Position numbers and translations under genes: made by a program. Below are positions 8,067-17,121 of a stretch of DNA of 27,674 bases, one piece after another; positions within the stretch are counted from its first letter, which is position 1; each line of letters opens with the position of its first letter. The notes under the pieces were generated by a model that did not search any database, was not told the origin of the DNA, and was given only the letters and a program-made list of their open reading frames with translations. This stretch comes from a virus (lineage: Duplodnaviria; Heunggongvirae; Uroviricota; Caudoviricetes), in IMG/VR virus record IMGVR_UViG_2799113139_000004; one strand, given 5' to 3'.

Positions 8067-8131
8067 TTGCCGTTGGGCACGAGGTCACCGACGTACGCGT
8101 TAGGGAACTTGTCGCGTGGTGGGCGTGCCAT
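7931..8131 (-). CDS. Possible phage gene fragment (MARPPRDKFPNAYVGDLVPNG...)
   Basis: Its ATG follows the same 22-bp motif as gene 4579, at the same spacing; the 3' part is antisense to the HTH-repeat gene. Confidence 0.3.
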   Translation of the reverse strand: MARPPRDKFPNAYVGDLVPNGNQESRYLYRSARTALWVRPKRWAASITVRLRSSAISISLSVQGAL

Positions 8132-8202
8132 GTTCTGGTTCTACGCCGAGGGTCTGACACATTTGCTACGTTCACGTGATGGTTGAAGTTAGGGGTGCGG
8201 AA

Positions 8203-8847
8203 ATGACTTCGATTTCGAATGAAACCGAAGATGAAAGGGCAGCCAAGGCTGGCATACGGATGCTTACAGGAATTGGCGGGTTAATCCTGCTGTTTGCCTT
8301 GGCGAATCTGGACTACGTTCCGCGCATCATTCGTTTCAAACAAGTCCACCCTGATCTGTTCTGGTGGACTGCGGCGATAACCGGCATAAACGCGGCGATC
8401 ATCCTGCTCGCGGCTGTCGTTCTATGGAACTGCCCGCCTCGACCACTGATACCCGACAATCGACTTACGGTGCGGGTGAAGCAGATTGCGAAATTCTTGG
8501 TCGGCGCCACGACCTTCGGACTCGCTGCCTTCTGGGGAGCCCTAGCTGGCGCCATGATGCCTTCGCCTGAGAAGGGCGTCACGCACGATGAGATGAATCA
8601 TCTTCTAGGCCAGATCGTGGGTGAGCCATTGAAGTTCATGACCATGCTGGCGTTAGTGGGAATGGTCCTAGCACTTTGTTTGGATCTCTACGTGGTGGGT
8701 CGAGAACGTCGAAAATCTATATTTAGAGGGCTACGCCCCGTGCTGGCGTGGCTTTGCACGCAACTGACATCACCGCGGGTGATCGGCACCGTGTCTTATC
8801 TGTCGCTGGCGATGATCACCTGGTGCGGCACGCTCCCACGCACCTAG
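8203..8847 (+). CDS. Multi-pass membrane protein
   Basis: About five hydrophobic segments; start may be 8176 or 8203. Confidence 0.75.
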   Translation: MTSISNETEDERAAKAGIRMLTGIGGLILLFALANLDYVPRIIRFKQVHPDLFWWTAAITGINAAIILLAAVVLWNCPPRPLIPDNRLTVRVKQIAKFLVGATTFGLAAFWGALAGAMMPSPEKGVTHDEMNHLLGQIVGEPLKFMTMLALVGMVLALCLDLYVVGRERRKSIFRGLRPVLAWLCTQLTSPRVIGTVSYLSLAMITWCGTLPRT

Positions 8848-8925
8848 TCGGCTTCAATGCCAATTCTGAATTTCCCCTAAATATGCATACGGCCTGACGG
8901 CGCCAGTGTAAGTATCACGGCAAAT

Positions 8926-9444
8926 ATGGTTCGTGGGGGATCTGAAATGGAAGGCGGCACAATGGAACGCGAGCGCAGGCTACAGGCAGGACATTGGTAT
9001 CTGGTAGCCGATGAGCACGGGCAGGCCGATATCCGGGCTTACATGGATGACGGGTGGTATCCCCTCACCCCCGAGCCGAAGTACGCCGTATGTGAGATGA
9101 GCAGATCACACCACCCGGACAACGTTGACCCCATCGTTGATTCGGCCGATGATGTGGAAGTGCCCGAATCTGATCAGGCCATTATCGAGCACCACTATCC
9201 CATCGCTATTTCCGGTTCGCCCGTATCGAAACTGGTGTGGGTCTTCGCAGAGCGAATCTCAAGGGCAAACGGGGCCGATTGGGAAGACCTCGACAGCCGC
9301 GCAAACTACTTGGCGATCTCCACTGGTTTCATCAAGCAGGCGCAAGACAACACCAATCCGCCTACCCCGCCAATGCTAGGCGTCTTCCGGCCCAAGCGCT
9401 GGCCGATGAAAACTACGCCGCAGGAACCGGTTCCAGTTGGCTAG
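8926..9444 (+). CDS. Hypothetical protein
   Basis: 172-aa ORF with protein-like composition; start uncertain (8926/8947/8962). Confidence 0.6.
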   Translation: MVRGGSEMEGGTMERERRLQAGHWYLVADEHGQADIRAYMDDGWYPLTPEPKYAVCEMSRSHHPDNVDPIVDSADDVEVPESDQAIIEHHYPIAISGSPVSKLVWVFAERISRANGADWEDLDSRANYLAISTGFIKQAQDNTNPPTPPMLGVFRPKRWPMKTTPQEPVPVG

Positions 9445-9468
9445 GCGTCGACCACGCCTTGAACACCT

Positions 9469-10514
9469 TTATGTGAGGCCCCTCGCGTTCCGTGGCCGCT
9501 CCGCCCGCACCGTGCGCACATCGCCAATGCGAACCATCTGGTGCCCCTGGGCGTCCCGGCCGCGCACCGGCACCCGCCCGCGTCTGATCCACCGCTCGAT
9601 GGTCGACTGCGGCACGTGCTCATCAAGGCGGGGGAGTATCACGTCGACGAGTTCGCGCACGGTCGCGTTGCGGTCGTCGAGCTCGCTAAGGTTGCGTGCC
9701 AGCACGTCGGCCACCGAATGCGCGGTGTCGCACTGGGGGCACACGATTGAGCCGCTGTGGCTCGGTGCCATGAGTGCGTATCCGCACCGGGTTGAGTTGT
9801 CGCCCTTGCGGCCCCGCTCGGCAAGCACCTCGTCGGGTGCCGGGTCGGTGATGCATGGTCCGATGATCATGGGCTCGGGTGGGCGGTTCACCACGCGTGT
9901 AATTGACCGGTACACCTGCTCGATCTCGTCGCAGATCTCGGCGCCGTTCTCCTGCAACGCGATATTGGCCGCGTGCCGGTGCAGCCACTTGGCCATGCGC
10001 GCCGTCGTCGCGATCGAATGCGTCTCGTCGCCGCGCCTTCCTGCGTAGATGACGCGCCAGTTTTCCGCGGAAAACTGGTCGAGTGCGCGCGTCTCCGGGG
10101 CGCCGTCGCAGTCGTCGCACAGCGGTCCGGCCGCCGAGGTGGGCAACGTGACGAAGCATCGTCGACACGAGCCCGCCCGGGCCGGCGGTGCCGAATCGAG
10201 GCTGAACCGATCTGCCGGTCGCCGTGCATCCGATTCGACGACCATCGGCAGAGGCCTTGGACTCGTGCGGAACTCGGGCACCTCCAGCCCGCGCGTCTCG
10301 CACATGTCGCGGATGGTCGTCGACAGCGCGTTGCGGATTCGGTCGAGCTCGTCGCTGGCGCGTCCGTTGACCCGGCCGAGTGCCAGGGCATGCCACAGTG
10401 CCCCCTGGTGCCTGTCCCGGTGGTCCCTCGCGGTCGGGGTGGTGTCCTTGTCGCGCGGGAACGGTTCGACGTGGCTCACGAGCGTGTCGTCGCCGTGCAG
10501 TACGTCGCGGCGCT
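9469..10514 (-). pseudogene. 5'-truncated phage regulator (Zn-ribbon plus C-terminal HTH)
   Basis: GPC...RCGYAL...IVCPQC and STIERWIRRG..VRIGDV resemble actinophage late regulators. The frame is open upstream of GTG 10479 (RRDVLHGDDTL) until a stop at the junction near 10514. Confidence 0.7.
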
Positions 10515-10793
10515 ATTTCGATCCGACTGAAGCAAGAGCTGGTTGCGTTGGGTCTATCGGTGAACAGGGCGGCCAAAGAGCTTGGTGTAAGCCAACCTTG
10601 GCTGTCACGCCGAACCCTCGGTGGCGTCCGATGGAAGGTGGAGGAGGTAGACGACATCTGCGACAAGCTCGGTCTTGATGCCAACTACACCCTCACCGGT
10701 TACCGCTCACTGCCTGACGGCGGTGACGACGGCGGTGCTGCTGGTGCCCCCACCAGGGCTCGAACCTGGGACCTGCGGATTAAAAGTCCGTAG
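10512..10793 (+). pseudogene. Prophage immunity repressor (HTH), 5' end deleted, reading through the att core
   Basis: AISIRLKQELVALGLSVNRAAKELGVSQPWLSRRTLGGVRWKVEEVDDICDKLGLD is an XRE-like HTH; it ends GAPTRARTWDLRIKSP* antisense to the tRNA. No start codon or RBS. Confidence 0.8.
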
Positions 10794-10817
10794 CTCTACC
10801 AACTGAGCTATAGGGGC
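10742..10817 (-). tRNA. tRNA-Lys(TTT)
   Basis: GCCCCTATAGCTCAGTTGGTAGAGCTACGGACTTTTAATCCGCAGGTCCCAGGTTCGAGCCCTGGTGGGGGCACCA; CCA encoded. Confidence 0.97.
10775..10790. repeat. att core, right copy
   Basis: Identical to 2108-2123. Confidence 0.9.
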
Positions 10818-10956
10818 GTGCCGAGACAGGATACTGGTCGAGTGTGCGCGCGAGCACCGAGGTTATCCGGTTTGGGTTCTGAGGCAGTTGTGCCCTAAGC
10901 TGGGCGAGCTCCCAACGCGACACGCGTTGTGGGTACCCCGGAGAGATTCGGAACGG

Positions 10957-11029
10957 GCCCCCATCGTCTAGTGGCCTAGGACGCCGCCCTTTCACGGCGG
11001 TAGCACGGGTTCGAATCCCGTTGGGGGTA
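10957..11029 (+). tRNA. tRNA-Glu(TTC)
   Basis: Cloverleaf; anticodon arm CCGCC-CTTTCAC-GGCGG. Confidence 0.97.
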
Positions 11030-11058
11030 CGCAACCAGTCATACTGGGAGCAGAGTAA

Positions 11059-11135
11059 GGCCCTGTGGCGCAGTTGGTTAGCGCGCCGCCCTGTCACGGC
11101 GGAGGTCGCGGGTTCGAGTCCCGTCAGGGTCGCCA
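11059..11135 (+). tRNA. tRNA-Asp(GTC)
   Basis: Cloverleaf; anticodon arm CCGCC-CTGTCAC-GGCGG; CCA encoded. Confidence 0.97.
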
Positions 11136-11171
11136 GTACGGCGAGGCAGTAAGTAGTTGGGTCTGCCGTCC

Positions 11172-11248
11172 GGCCAGGTAGCTCAGTTGGTACGAGCGTC
11201 CGCCTGAAAAGCGGAAGGTCGCCGGTTCGATCCCGGCCCTGGCCACCA
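11172..11248 (+). tRNA. tRNA-Phe(GAA)
   Basis: Cloverleaf; loop CTGAAAA; CCA encoded. Confidence 0.97.
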
Positions 11249-11249
11249 T

Positions 11250-11276
11250 AAAACCACCTGATAGCGGGTGGTTTTT
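11250..11276 (+). terminator. Intrinsic terminator of the Glu-Asp-Phe tRNA operon
   Basis: AAAACCACC-tgatagcg-GGTGGTTTTT. Confidence 0.85.
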
Positions 11277-11641
11277 CTCGTTTCTGGGGCGGGTGCTCGG
11301 AAGCGTGAATCTGGCCATCTGGCAGCTACGCGTCGATCGGGAAGTAAGGAACGGCTGAGGCTGTAACTCACGTGAGGCGCCATGCGTCGGTTTCCGAGAC
11401 CACTGAAACGCCAGCTCGGGCCGGATGCTTCGATTCCGGGGAAACCGCGTCGAGCTCAAGACGAATTGCGCGCTCCCCGAAAACGCTTCTCCTTGTGATC
11501 GGTAGCACGCGTCATGGGACAGTGTGGATAGAGAAGAGAAGGGACGTTACGCACCCCGCGGACGGCGGTGAGCACTGGTCGGGACGACACAGAACCGCAC
11601 CACACTATGGCGATCCCTGACCTGACGGGAAGGGCGGACAG

Positions 11642-12475
11642 ATGCCGCAGCACAGCCCGGGGATGGCGACCCCCAGCGATCACTCAGTGATATGGGCGAG
11701 CGCGAGCGCATCGATGCCGACCACCCTCGATCGCCCTCACGACGTTCCGCGTCCGGAGTCGGTCGACGAGATTAGCCGATGGGCCGGCAGCGAGGATCTG
11801 CGGCGCACCGAGCTCGTGTATGTGCCCGTGTTCTGGGTGTTCCTTCCCCTCGCTGTCATCGGTTTCCTGATCTACCAGATGATCACCGACCCGACGGGTG
11901 CTGGCTGGAGCATCACGGCAAATGGTGCGAGCCGTGATACGTGGCTGGCTTGGGTGCCGTGGCTCGCATGGATCGGCGTCACCGTATGGCTGCTCATCGC
12001 CGTCGGGGTTCTGCTGCTGCGGCTCAGTGCGCTGAGGGATCTGCGTGTCGAGAACGCGTGGGTCTACGGGCATGGCGTCGCGCACTCGATCCATCGCGCC
12101 TGCATCGACCACGACGACGGTGAGGCTCGCTGGGCGACGTATATCGCCATCAACCACCGCCTCGATGACGGACAGGCTGCGACGATTCACGCCGCGTTCG
12201 AGCTGTGGCTCTTTCAGGCAGGACTGCCGCCTTCGGGCTCCAAGCCGATCTCCTCGGAGACGCTGTTCGGTCCGCAGGCCAAGGGCGGGTACTTCATCCT
12301 GCACCTCCCCGTCTCGACGATCGCCGGAGACACCACCGAGCACCAGTGGATGCTCATCACCCAACCGCAAGAGGACGAGCGCGACGTGATTGTCACACCT
12401 GTGCCGGTACCGAAGAGACTCGCGAGGATCCGCCGCAGGCTCCACCGGAAGACAGTCCGAAGGGGCGCGCTGTGA
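11642..12475 (+). CDS. Two-TM membrane protein, array family C (FGPxAxGGY)
   Basis: Two TM segments; C-terminal domain similar to 17927..18682. Start uncertain. Confidence 0.8.
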   Translation: MPQHSPGMATPSDHSVIWASASASMPTTLDRPHDVPRPESVDEISRWAGSEDLRRTELVYVPVFWVFLPLAVIGFLIYQMITDPTGAGWSITANGASRDTWLAWVPWLAWIGVTVWLLIAVGVLLLRLSALRDLRVENAWVYGHGVAHSIHRACIDHDDGEARWATYIAINHRLDDGQAATIHAAFELWLFQAGLPPSGSKPISSETLFGPQAKGGYFILHLPVSTIAGDTTEHQWMLITQPQEDERDVIVTPVPVPKRLARIRRRLHRKTVRRGAL

Positions 12476-13089
12476 GCAGGTTGCGGGTGATCACGTTGCA
12501 GAGCCTGACCAGTCCTGATCAGCAGACTCGGCAGTGGATGGCGAAGGCCCGTACCCCGGAGACTCGCGCGGAAATCCGGCGGTGGTCGCGTTGGGAGACC
12601 GTGTCGGTGTGTCTTTTAGTCGTCGGCGGGCTCTGCGCTCTGGGAGCTCCGCTTGTCGGGGTGGGTCTCGGCGTCTGGGACGCCATCCACGGCGACGCCC
12701 CGTGGCTGTGGTGGCTCATCGGGTCCATCGGGGCCGCGTCGCTGTTCCTGCTCGCAGGAGCCTGGTTCGGGTCGTATGCCAGCGACCGGCGGTTGACGGC
12801 GCTTTACGCCGACGGACAGTCGGCAGTCGGGCGTGTCGACGAGGTCATTACCCATCCGGGCGGTGGGGATGAGCAGGCCACCTACGAGTTGCTCATCAGC
12901 GCAGAGCTCCCCGACGGCACATTGGTGCGTCGCAGGCTCGACTGGGGCGAGGACAACACCAGTTGGCCCATCCCTCGGCGGTGGGTCGGCCGCACCATCC
13001 GGTTCCGCCACAACACCCTCGATCCCGACGATCTGCGGGACGTCCGCTTCGACGGCTGGGCAGACGAGACGAACGCAGGCCGCTCATGA
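12472..13089 (+). CDS. Two-TM DUF3592-like protein, array family A (FRHNTLDP)
   Basis: GTGA overlap; ARTPETRAEIRR, two TMs, RFRHNTLDPDDL. Confidence 0.85.
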   Translation: MSRLRVITLQSLTSPDQQTRQWMAKARTPETRAEIRRWSRWETVSVCLLVVGGLCALGAPLVGVGLGVWDAIHGDAPWLWWLIGSIGAASLFLLAGAWFGSYASDRRLTALYADGQSAVGRVDEVITHPGGGDEQATYELLISAELPDGTLVRRRLDWGEDNTSWPIPRRWVGRTIRFRHNTLDPDDLRDVRFDGWADETNAGRS

Positions 13090-13676
13090 GCGACGAGTAC
13101 GTCGAGTACTGGGTTGCTCGGGCGAAGACGCCCGAGACCCGGGCACGGATCCGCCGTCTCTCCCGGCTCGAAGACCTCACGAACGGCATCCTGCTCACCG
13201 GAATGATTCTGTTCCTGCTGATGGCCCTGACGAGGGTTGTGCTCGCCATCTGGTTCTGGGCCCCCGACGCCGGTGACTCGACCATCTTCCTCTGGGTGCT
13301 CGGGATCACCCTCGGGGTGACGGTGACCAGCGTGTTCCTGAACAGCGCCGTCGAGACCCGCCTCTCCCAGGCGAAGTTCGCCGACGGATATAGCTCCGTC
13401 GGCGTGATCGACGCTGTCCGCTCGTGGGAGGGAACCGACGGGGAAGGCTCTCCCACGACCTTCTACGCACTCGCCGTGACCGCCGCGCTCCCGGACGGGG
13501 GTACGATCCGAAGGCACGTGGACTGGAGCACCGACAGCGGATCCGGCAGCTCGGACACACCCGACGAGACCTGGGTCGGGCGACGAATCAGCTTCCGCCA
13601 CAACACCCTCGACCCGGAGGATCTCGCAGACGAGCAGTTCGCCGGCTGGCCGGATACGGAGGTGGAACGCTCATGA
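13086..13676 (+). CDS. Two-TM DUF3592-like protein, family A
   Basis: ATGA overlap; AKTPETRARIRR ... SFRHNTLDPEDL. Confidence 0.85.
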   Translation: MSDEYVEYWVARAKTPETRARIRRLSRLEDLTNGILLTGMILFLLMALTRVVLAIWFWAPDAGDSTIFLWVLGITLGVTVTSVFLNSAVETRLSQAKFADGYSSVGVIDAVRSWEGTDGEGSPTTFYALAVTAALPDGGTIRRHVDWSTDSGSGSSDTPDETWVGRRISFRHNTLDPEDLADEQFAGWPDTEVERS

Positions 13677-14320
13677 GCACAAAGGATCGTAAGGAGTCGC
13701 TGCTTGAACGGGTCGCGGAGAGGCTGCTCGTCGGCTCGGGGCCGGAGGTGCCGTTCCTCGTCCGTCACGACTGGGCGATCCCGGCCGTCGTGTTCACCGG
13801 ATGCGGTCTCTTCGCGGTCCTGGTGCTGGTCGCGAGCTTCCAGGGATGGGGAAGGGTGCTCATGTGGACCGTCATCGGGATCGGCGCGCTCTGCGTCGTG
13901 CTGATGATCCCGACGTTCGTCCGGATGTTCCGAGCCACCCGCGGTCCCTTGCCCGCGCTCGACCGCACCCCGCGGACAGCACGAGTGACCCTGCGTGCGG
14001 ACGACGCGGACGGCGGGCAGACGATCCTCGTTGAATACCGCGATGAGCACGGACAGGGGCACGACGCGGAGCTCGCCGATGTCATCCATGAGTCTTGGGA
14101 GGACCGGTTCTGTCCCGGCTCGCGGTGGCAGGTCTACGCGTTCCGCGATCCCGAACTGGCCGACTCGGTCGTGTTCCTCACCGAGGCCCACGACGACGTA
14201 TGGCGGGCCGGGTGGAAGCTCGACGGCGTCCGCATCGGCGGTGAAGGCGGCCCCGTCAAGCCCGGACCGGGATCGCCGTTCCTGCGCGCGGGCTCGAAGT
14301 GGGAGTTCGCCGCCTCGTGA
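13673..14320 (+). CDS. Two-TM membrane protein, array family B (LTEAHDDV...GSPFL)
   Basis: ATGA overlap, RBS GGAGGTGG; paralog of the next gene. Confidence 0.85.
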   Translation: MSTKDRKESLLERVAERLLVGSGPEVPFLVRHDWAIPAVVFTGCGLFAVLVLVASFQGWGRVLMWTVIGIGALCVVLMIPTFVRMFRATRGPLPALDRTPRTARVTLRADDADGGQTILVEYRDEHGQGHDAELADVIHESWEDRFCPGSRWQVYAFRDPELADSVVFLTEAHDDVWRAGWKLDGVRIGGEGGPVKPGPGSPFLRAGSKWEFAAS

Positions 14321-14939
14321 CCGGCACACCGCAGAGTCGCCGACTGCACCGGAAGCAGGGACCGAACGGTTCGATCTGGACCGACGGTCGAACATGGATC
14401 GGACTGTTCCTGACCAGCTCGGTCCTGCTGAGCTGGGGCATCTTGTCCTTGCCGCTCGACGGGACTGTCCGCGGCGTGATGCTGTTCTTCGCCATTCTCG
14501 TGGTCGCGATCGCGTGCGGCGTCGGGTGGCTCCAGGCGATGTCGAGCACACCACTGCCCGCGCTGGACCACACCCCCGGGTGGCGCGCGTGCGCGAGATC
14601 CGCGAATGGGACCAACCTGACACCACAGCGGAAGCAAAAACGAAGAAGGTCATCGTCGACTACGACGGAGCCGACGGGAAGACACACACAGCCTGGCTGG
14701 GCGATCTCATCAACGAGGCGTCGATCGACCAGTTCACACCCGAGAGCAGCTGGCACGTGTACGCCTTCGCCGATCCGGAGCTGGCCGACACCATGGTTCT
14801 GCTCACCGAAGCACACGACGACGTGCGACGCAGCGGCTACCTGATCACCGGCCTCCACGGCAACACCGAGTTCACAAGCCTCCAACAACCCGCAGCAGGG
14901 TCGCCGTTCCTAAACGGGAAGCGCAGGTTCGTCTCGTGA
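14317..14939 (+). pseudogene. Family B paralog with a -1 frameshift at C5 tract 14573-14577
   Basis: N-half is in ORF 14299..14844 (LPALDHTP), C-half in ORF 13995..14939 (RVARVRE...LTEAHDDV...GSPFL). One extra C joins them, matching the paralog's LPALDRTPRTARV. Confidence 0.8.
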
Positions 14940-15478
14940 ACCGCGACGCCACAGCGTGGATGGCCCTGGCGCGGACGCCCGAGACCCGGGCGCGGATCCG
15001 CCGGTGGGTGTTCCTCAAGCGCGTCTTCTTCGGGCTGGCCTGCCTCGGGTTGACGGGGTTCGTGATCACCGTCGTCGTGGCTGCGATCCGCGAAGTCCTC
15101 GGGAAGCCGGACCCGTGGTGGGTCTTCCTCGCAGCCTTCGCAGTACTCGTGGTTTCGATCCTCCCGTGGTGCCTGGCCTCGTTCAGGCTCGACGTCGCAC
15201 GGTATGCCGACGGTAAGGAAACCGGCGGCACTATCACCAAGATCGTTGTCGATGAACACACGGATCCAGAGGCACTGCCCGCATACGACATCACGATCGC
15301 GGCCAGGCTTCCGAATGGGGGCATCCGTCGCACCTGCCAGGTGTCTGAGCGCACGGCGCCGGAGCTTGGACAGATGGTCCGGTTCCGCCACAACACCGGC
15401 GACCCGGACGACCTGAAGGATGTGTTGTTCCTCGGGTTCGTCGATGCACCAGATCCCGCAGAAGGCCCAGTGACATGA
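14936..15478 (+). CDS. Two-TM DUF3592-like protein, family A
   Basis: GTGA overlap; ARTPETRARIRR ... RFRHNTGDPDDL. Confidence 0.85.
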   Translation: MNRDATAWMALARTPETRARIRRWVFLKRVFFGLACLGLTGFVITVVVAAIREVLGKPDPWWVFLAAFAVLVVSILPWCLASFRLDVARYADGKETGGTITKIVVDEHTDPEALPAYDITIAARLPNGGIRRTCQVSERTAPELGQMVRFRHNTGDPDDLKDVLFLGFVDAPDPAEGPVT

Positions 15479-15792
15479 GTCGCGCAAAGAACTTCCTCGG
15501 CGCTCTGTTCGGGTGGCGATACCGCCGCGCCGAGCGTGCTCGGAGTATCCGGCTCACCGGGCCGCGGGTGCGGGCGAAGGTGGTCGAGGTGAAGCGCTCG
15601 AAGGGCAGCAACGTCCACGCGTACTACGACGTCATCCTGCGCTTCACCGACTCCCAAGGAATCGAGCACGATCACAAGGCCATGACGCGCACCCACAAGC
15701 CCTACGTCGGCAGCAAGCACTGGATCCGCTACGACCCAAAGAAACCGAATCGAAAGTCCACCTGGTTCGTCGACTGGGAACGGCGGCGGTGA
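15475..15792 (+). CDS. DUF3592-type soluble domain protein, 105 aa
   Basis: G..V.AKVV...V..RF...G.EH...VG....IRYDPKKP pattern; ATGA overlap; basic, no clear TM. Confidence 0.7.
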   Translation: MSRAKNFLGALFGWRYRRAERARSIRLTGPRVRAKVVEVKRSKGSNVHAYYDVILRFTDSQGIEHDHKAMTRTHKPYVGSKHWIRYDPKKPNRKSTWFVDWERRR

Positions 15793-16304
15793 GTAGACGG
15801 AGCGCGGCCCTCAGGGGCGCGGGAGATCGCGCGTCCGTCACGGGGACGGCACCGCTCATCCTGGGCGCACTGTTGTTCACGGGGATGCTTGCCCTCGGTG
15901 CGACGACCGGCAACGTCCCCGCGGAGAACAAGGCGCTCTTGTTCGCGCCGGTGTTCTACTCGCTGACCGTGATGGGCGGGCTCATCGCTTCTTTCCCCGG
16001 GTTCAGCATCCTCGAGACCGTCCTGCGCCGCCGGCACGATCCCGAGCAAGGGTGGACTCGGGCGGCGCTGACGATCCTGGTGTTGATCTCCGCTCTCTTC
16101 GTCGCCGCGTGCATGTTCGCGCTACCCGTGGTCGCACTCGGGGTCAGCGCGAACGGGCTTGGAGTGGGTATCGCCCTGCTCTGGTCGGCGCGTGGTCCGC
16201 GTGACGGCTCTGGTGCGTTCTGGGCGTTGCTGTGCGTGTCGCTCGCACTGGCAGCCGTCGCCGCGGCATGGACCACAGTCGCCATCCTCGGTGCGCTCAG
16301 TTGA
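15789..16304 (+). CDS. Multi-pass membrane protein
   Basis: GTGA overlap; four to five hydrophobic segments. Confidence 0.75.
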   Translation: MSRRSAALRGAGDRASVTGTAPLILGALLFTGMLALGATTGNVPAENKALLFAPVFYSLTVMGGLIASFPGFSILETVLRRRHDPEQGWTRAALTILVLISALFVAACMFALPVVALGVSANGLGVGIALLWSARGPRDGSGAFWALLCVSLALAAVAAAWTTVAILGALS

Positions 16305-16337
16305 GGCGCGAAGGCCGGGTGCGCCCGCGTCGATATC

Positions 16338-17108
16338 GTGGCGTGTATGGGTGATGGGCAGGAACCAGCGGACGTGGAAGCGACTGCGGTGCCGTGGTCA
16401 CCGCGCCGCCGCTGGACGTTCGGTGTTCTCAGCGGGGTGGTGGTGCTGGCACTTTTCGTATTCGTTCCCGGCCCCGTCTCGGGGATCCTCAAGGCGAACA
16501 ACGCCCGTCAGCTGGTTGACGACGTCTCCACCGGACGCGCAAAACTGCTCGCCAAACAGGACGAGTTCCGGCCACCGCTCGCGAGCTTAGGAAACCCGGC
16601 GCGCTCATGGACTCAGGTCTCGTGTTGGATGTCCCCGCGCTACAGCGATGGCGACGGTGAGCAGGACGTGGTCATGTTCTACTGGCAACAATGCGCGCTC
16701 CTGGCCTACGAGATCTACGCGCTGCCGCCCGATGCCGGTGACGCAGCGCAGGTCGCACAGCGCCTCCGTGGCCACTCTGCGGGTGAACCCTCCTGTGCCG
16801 AGCCACTCTTCGACGTGCTGACCCCCGACGTCGGTGCCAGCAGGATCGACGAGTTTGCGACAGGTCTCTGGTGGATGAATCCCGAAGGAGTACCGCCGTC
16901 TCATCAGCCGGACCGCTGCACGATGCCCACCCCGGACGACCCCGACACTGCACACACGCAAATAGGTATCGATGCCCGATTGGGCGCGGACGCCTACGTC
17001 GTCTACCAGGTCCGATCGCCAGTCAGCATGGTTGATGTGGGCTGCGACCGGCGACTGTCCTGGCTCGCTCCCTGCAGGGGAGAACCGGAGGGCTTCCCAA
17101 CGCTGTGA
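16338..17108 (+). CDS. Membrane-anchored exported protein with Cys-containing domain
   Basis: RRRW followed by one TM, then a soluble domain with several Cys. Confidence 0.75.
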   Translation: MACMGDGQEPADVEATAVPWSPRRRWTFGVLSGVVVLALFVFVPGPVSGILKANNARQLVDDVSTGRAKLLAKQDEFRPPLASLGNPARSWTQVSCWMSPRYSDGDGEQDVVMFYWQQCALLAYEIYALPPDAGDAAQVAQRLRGHSAGEPSCAEPLFDVLTPDVGASRIDEFATGLWWMNPEGVPPSHQPDRCTMPTPDDPDTAHTQIGIDARLGADAYVVYQVRSPVSMVDVGCDRRLSWLAPCRGEPEGFPTL

Positions 17109-17121
17109 ACCGAGCAACGCG

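Larger units (their letters stand above)
2108..10790. mobile_element. Defective prophage integrated at tRNA-Lys(TTT)
   Basis: Bounded by the 16-bp direct repeat; contains an HTH repressor remnant reading into the tRNA, a Zn-ribbon/HTH phage regulator and phage-like hypothetical genes. No integrase, replication, structural or lysis genes recognised. Confidence 0.85.

Noticed and set aside
9686-10684. 332-aa minus-strand ORF
   Set aside because: Alternative frame over the phage regulator and repressor remnants; low-complexity Arg-rich translation.
13463-14653. 396-aa minus-strand ORF and similar long Arg/Pro-rich ORFs across 12-20 kb
   Set aside because: Shadow frames of high-GC coding DNA; the opposite strand carries coupled paralogs with clear motifs.
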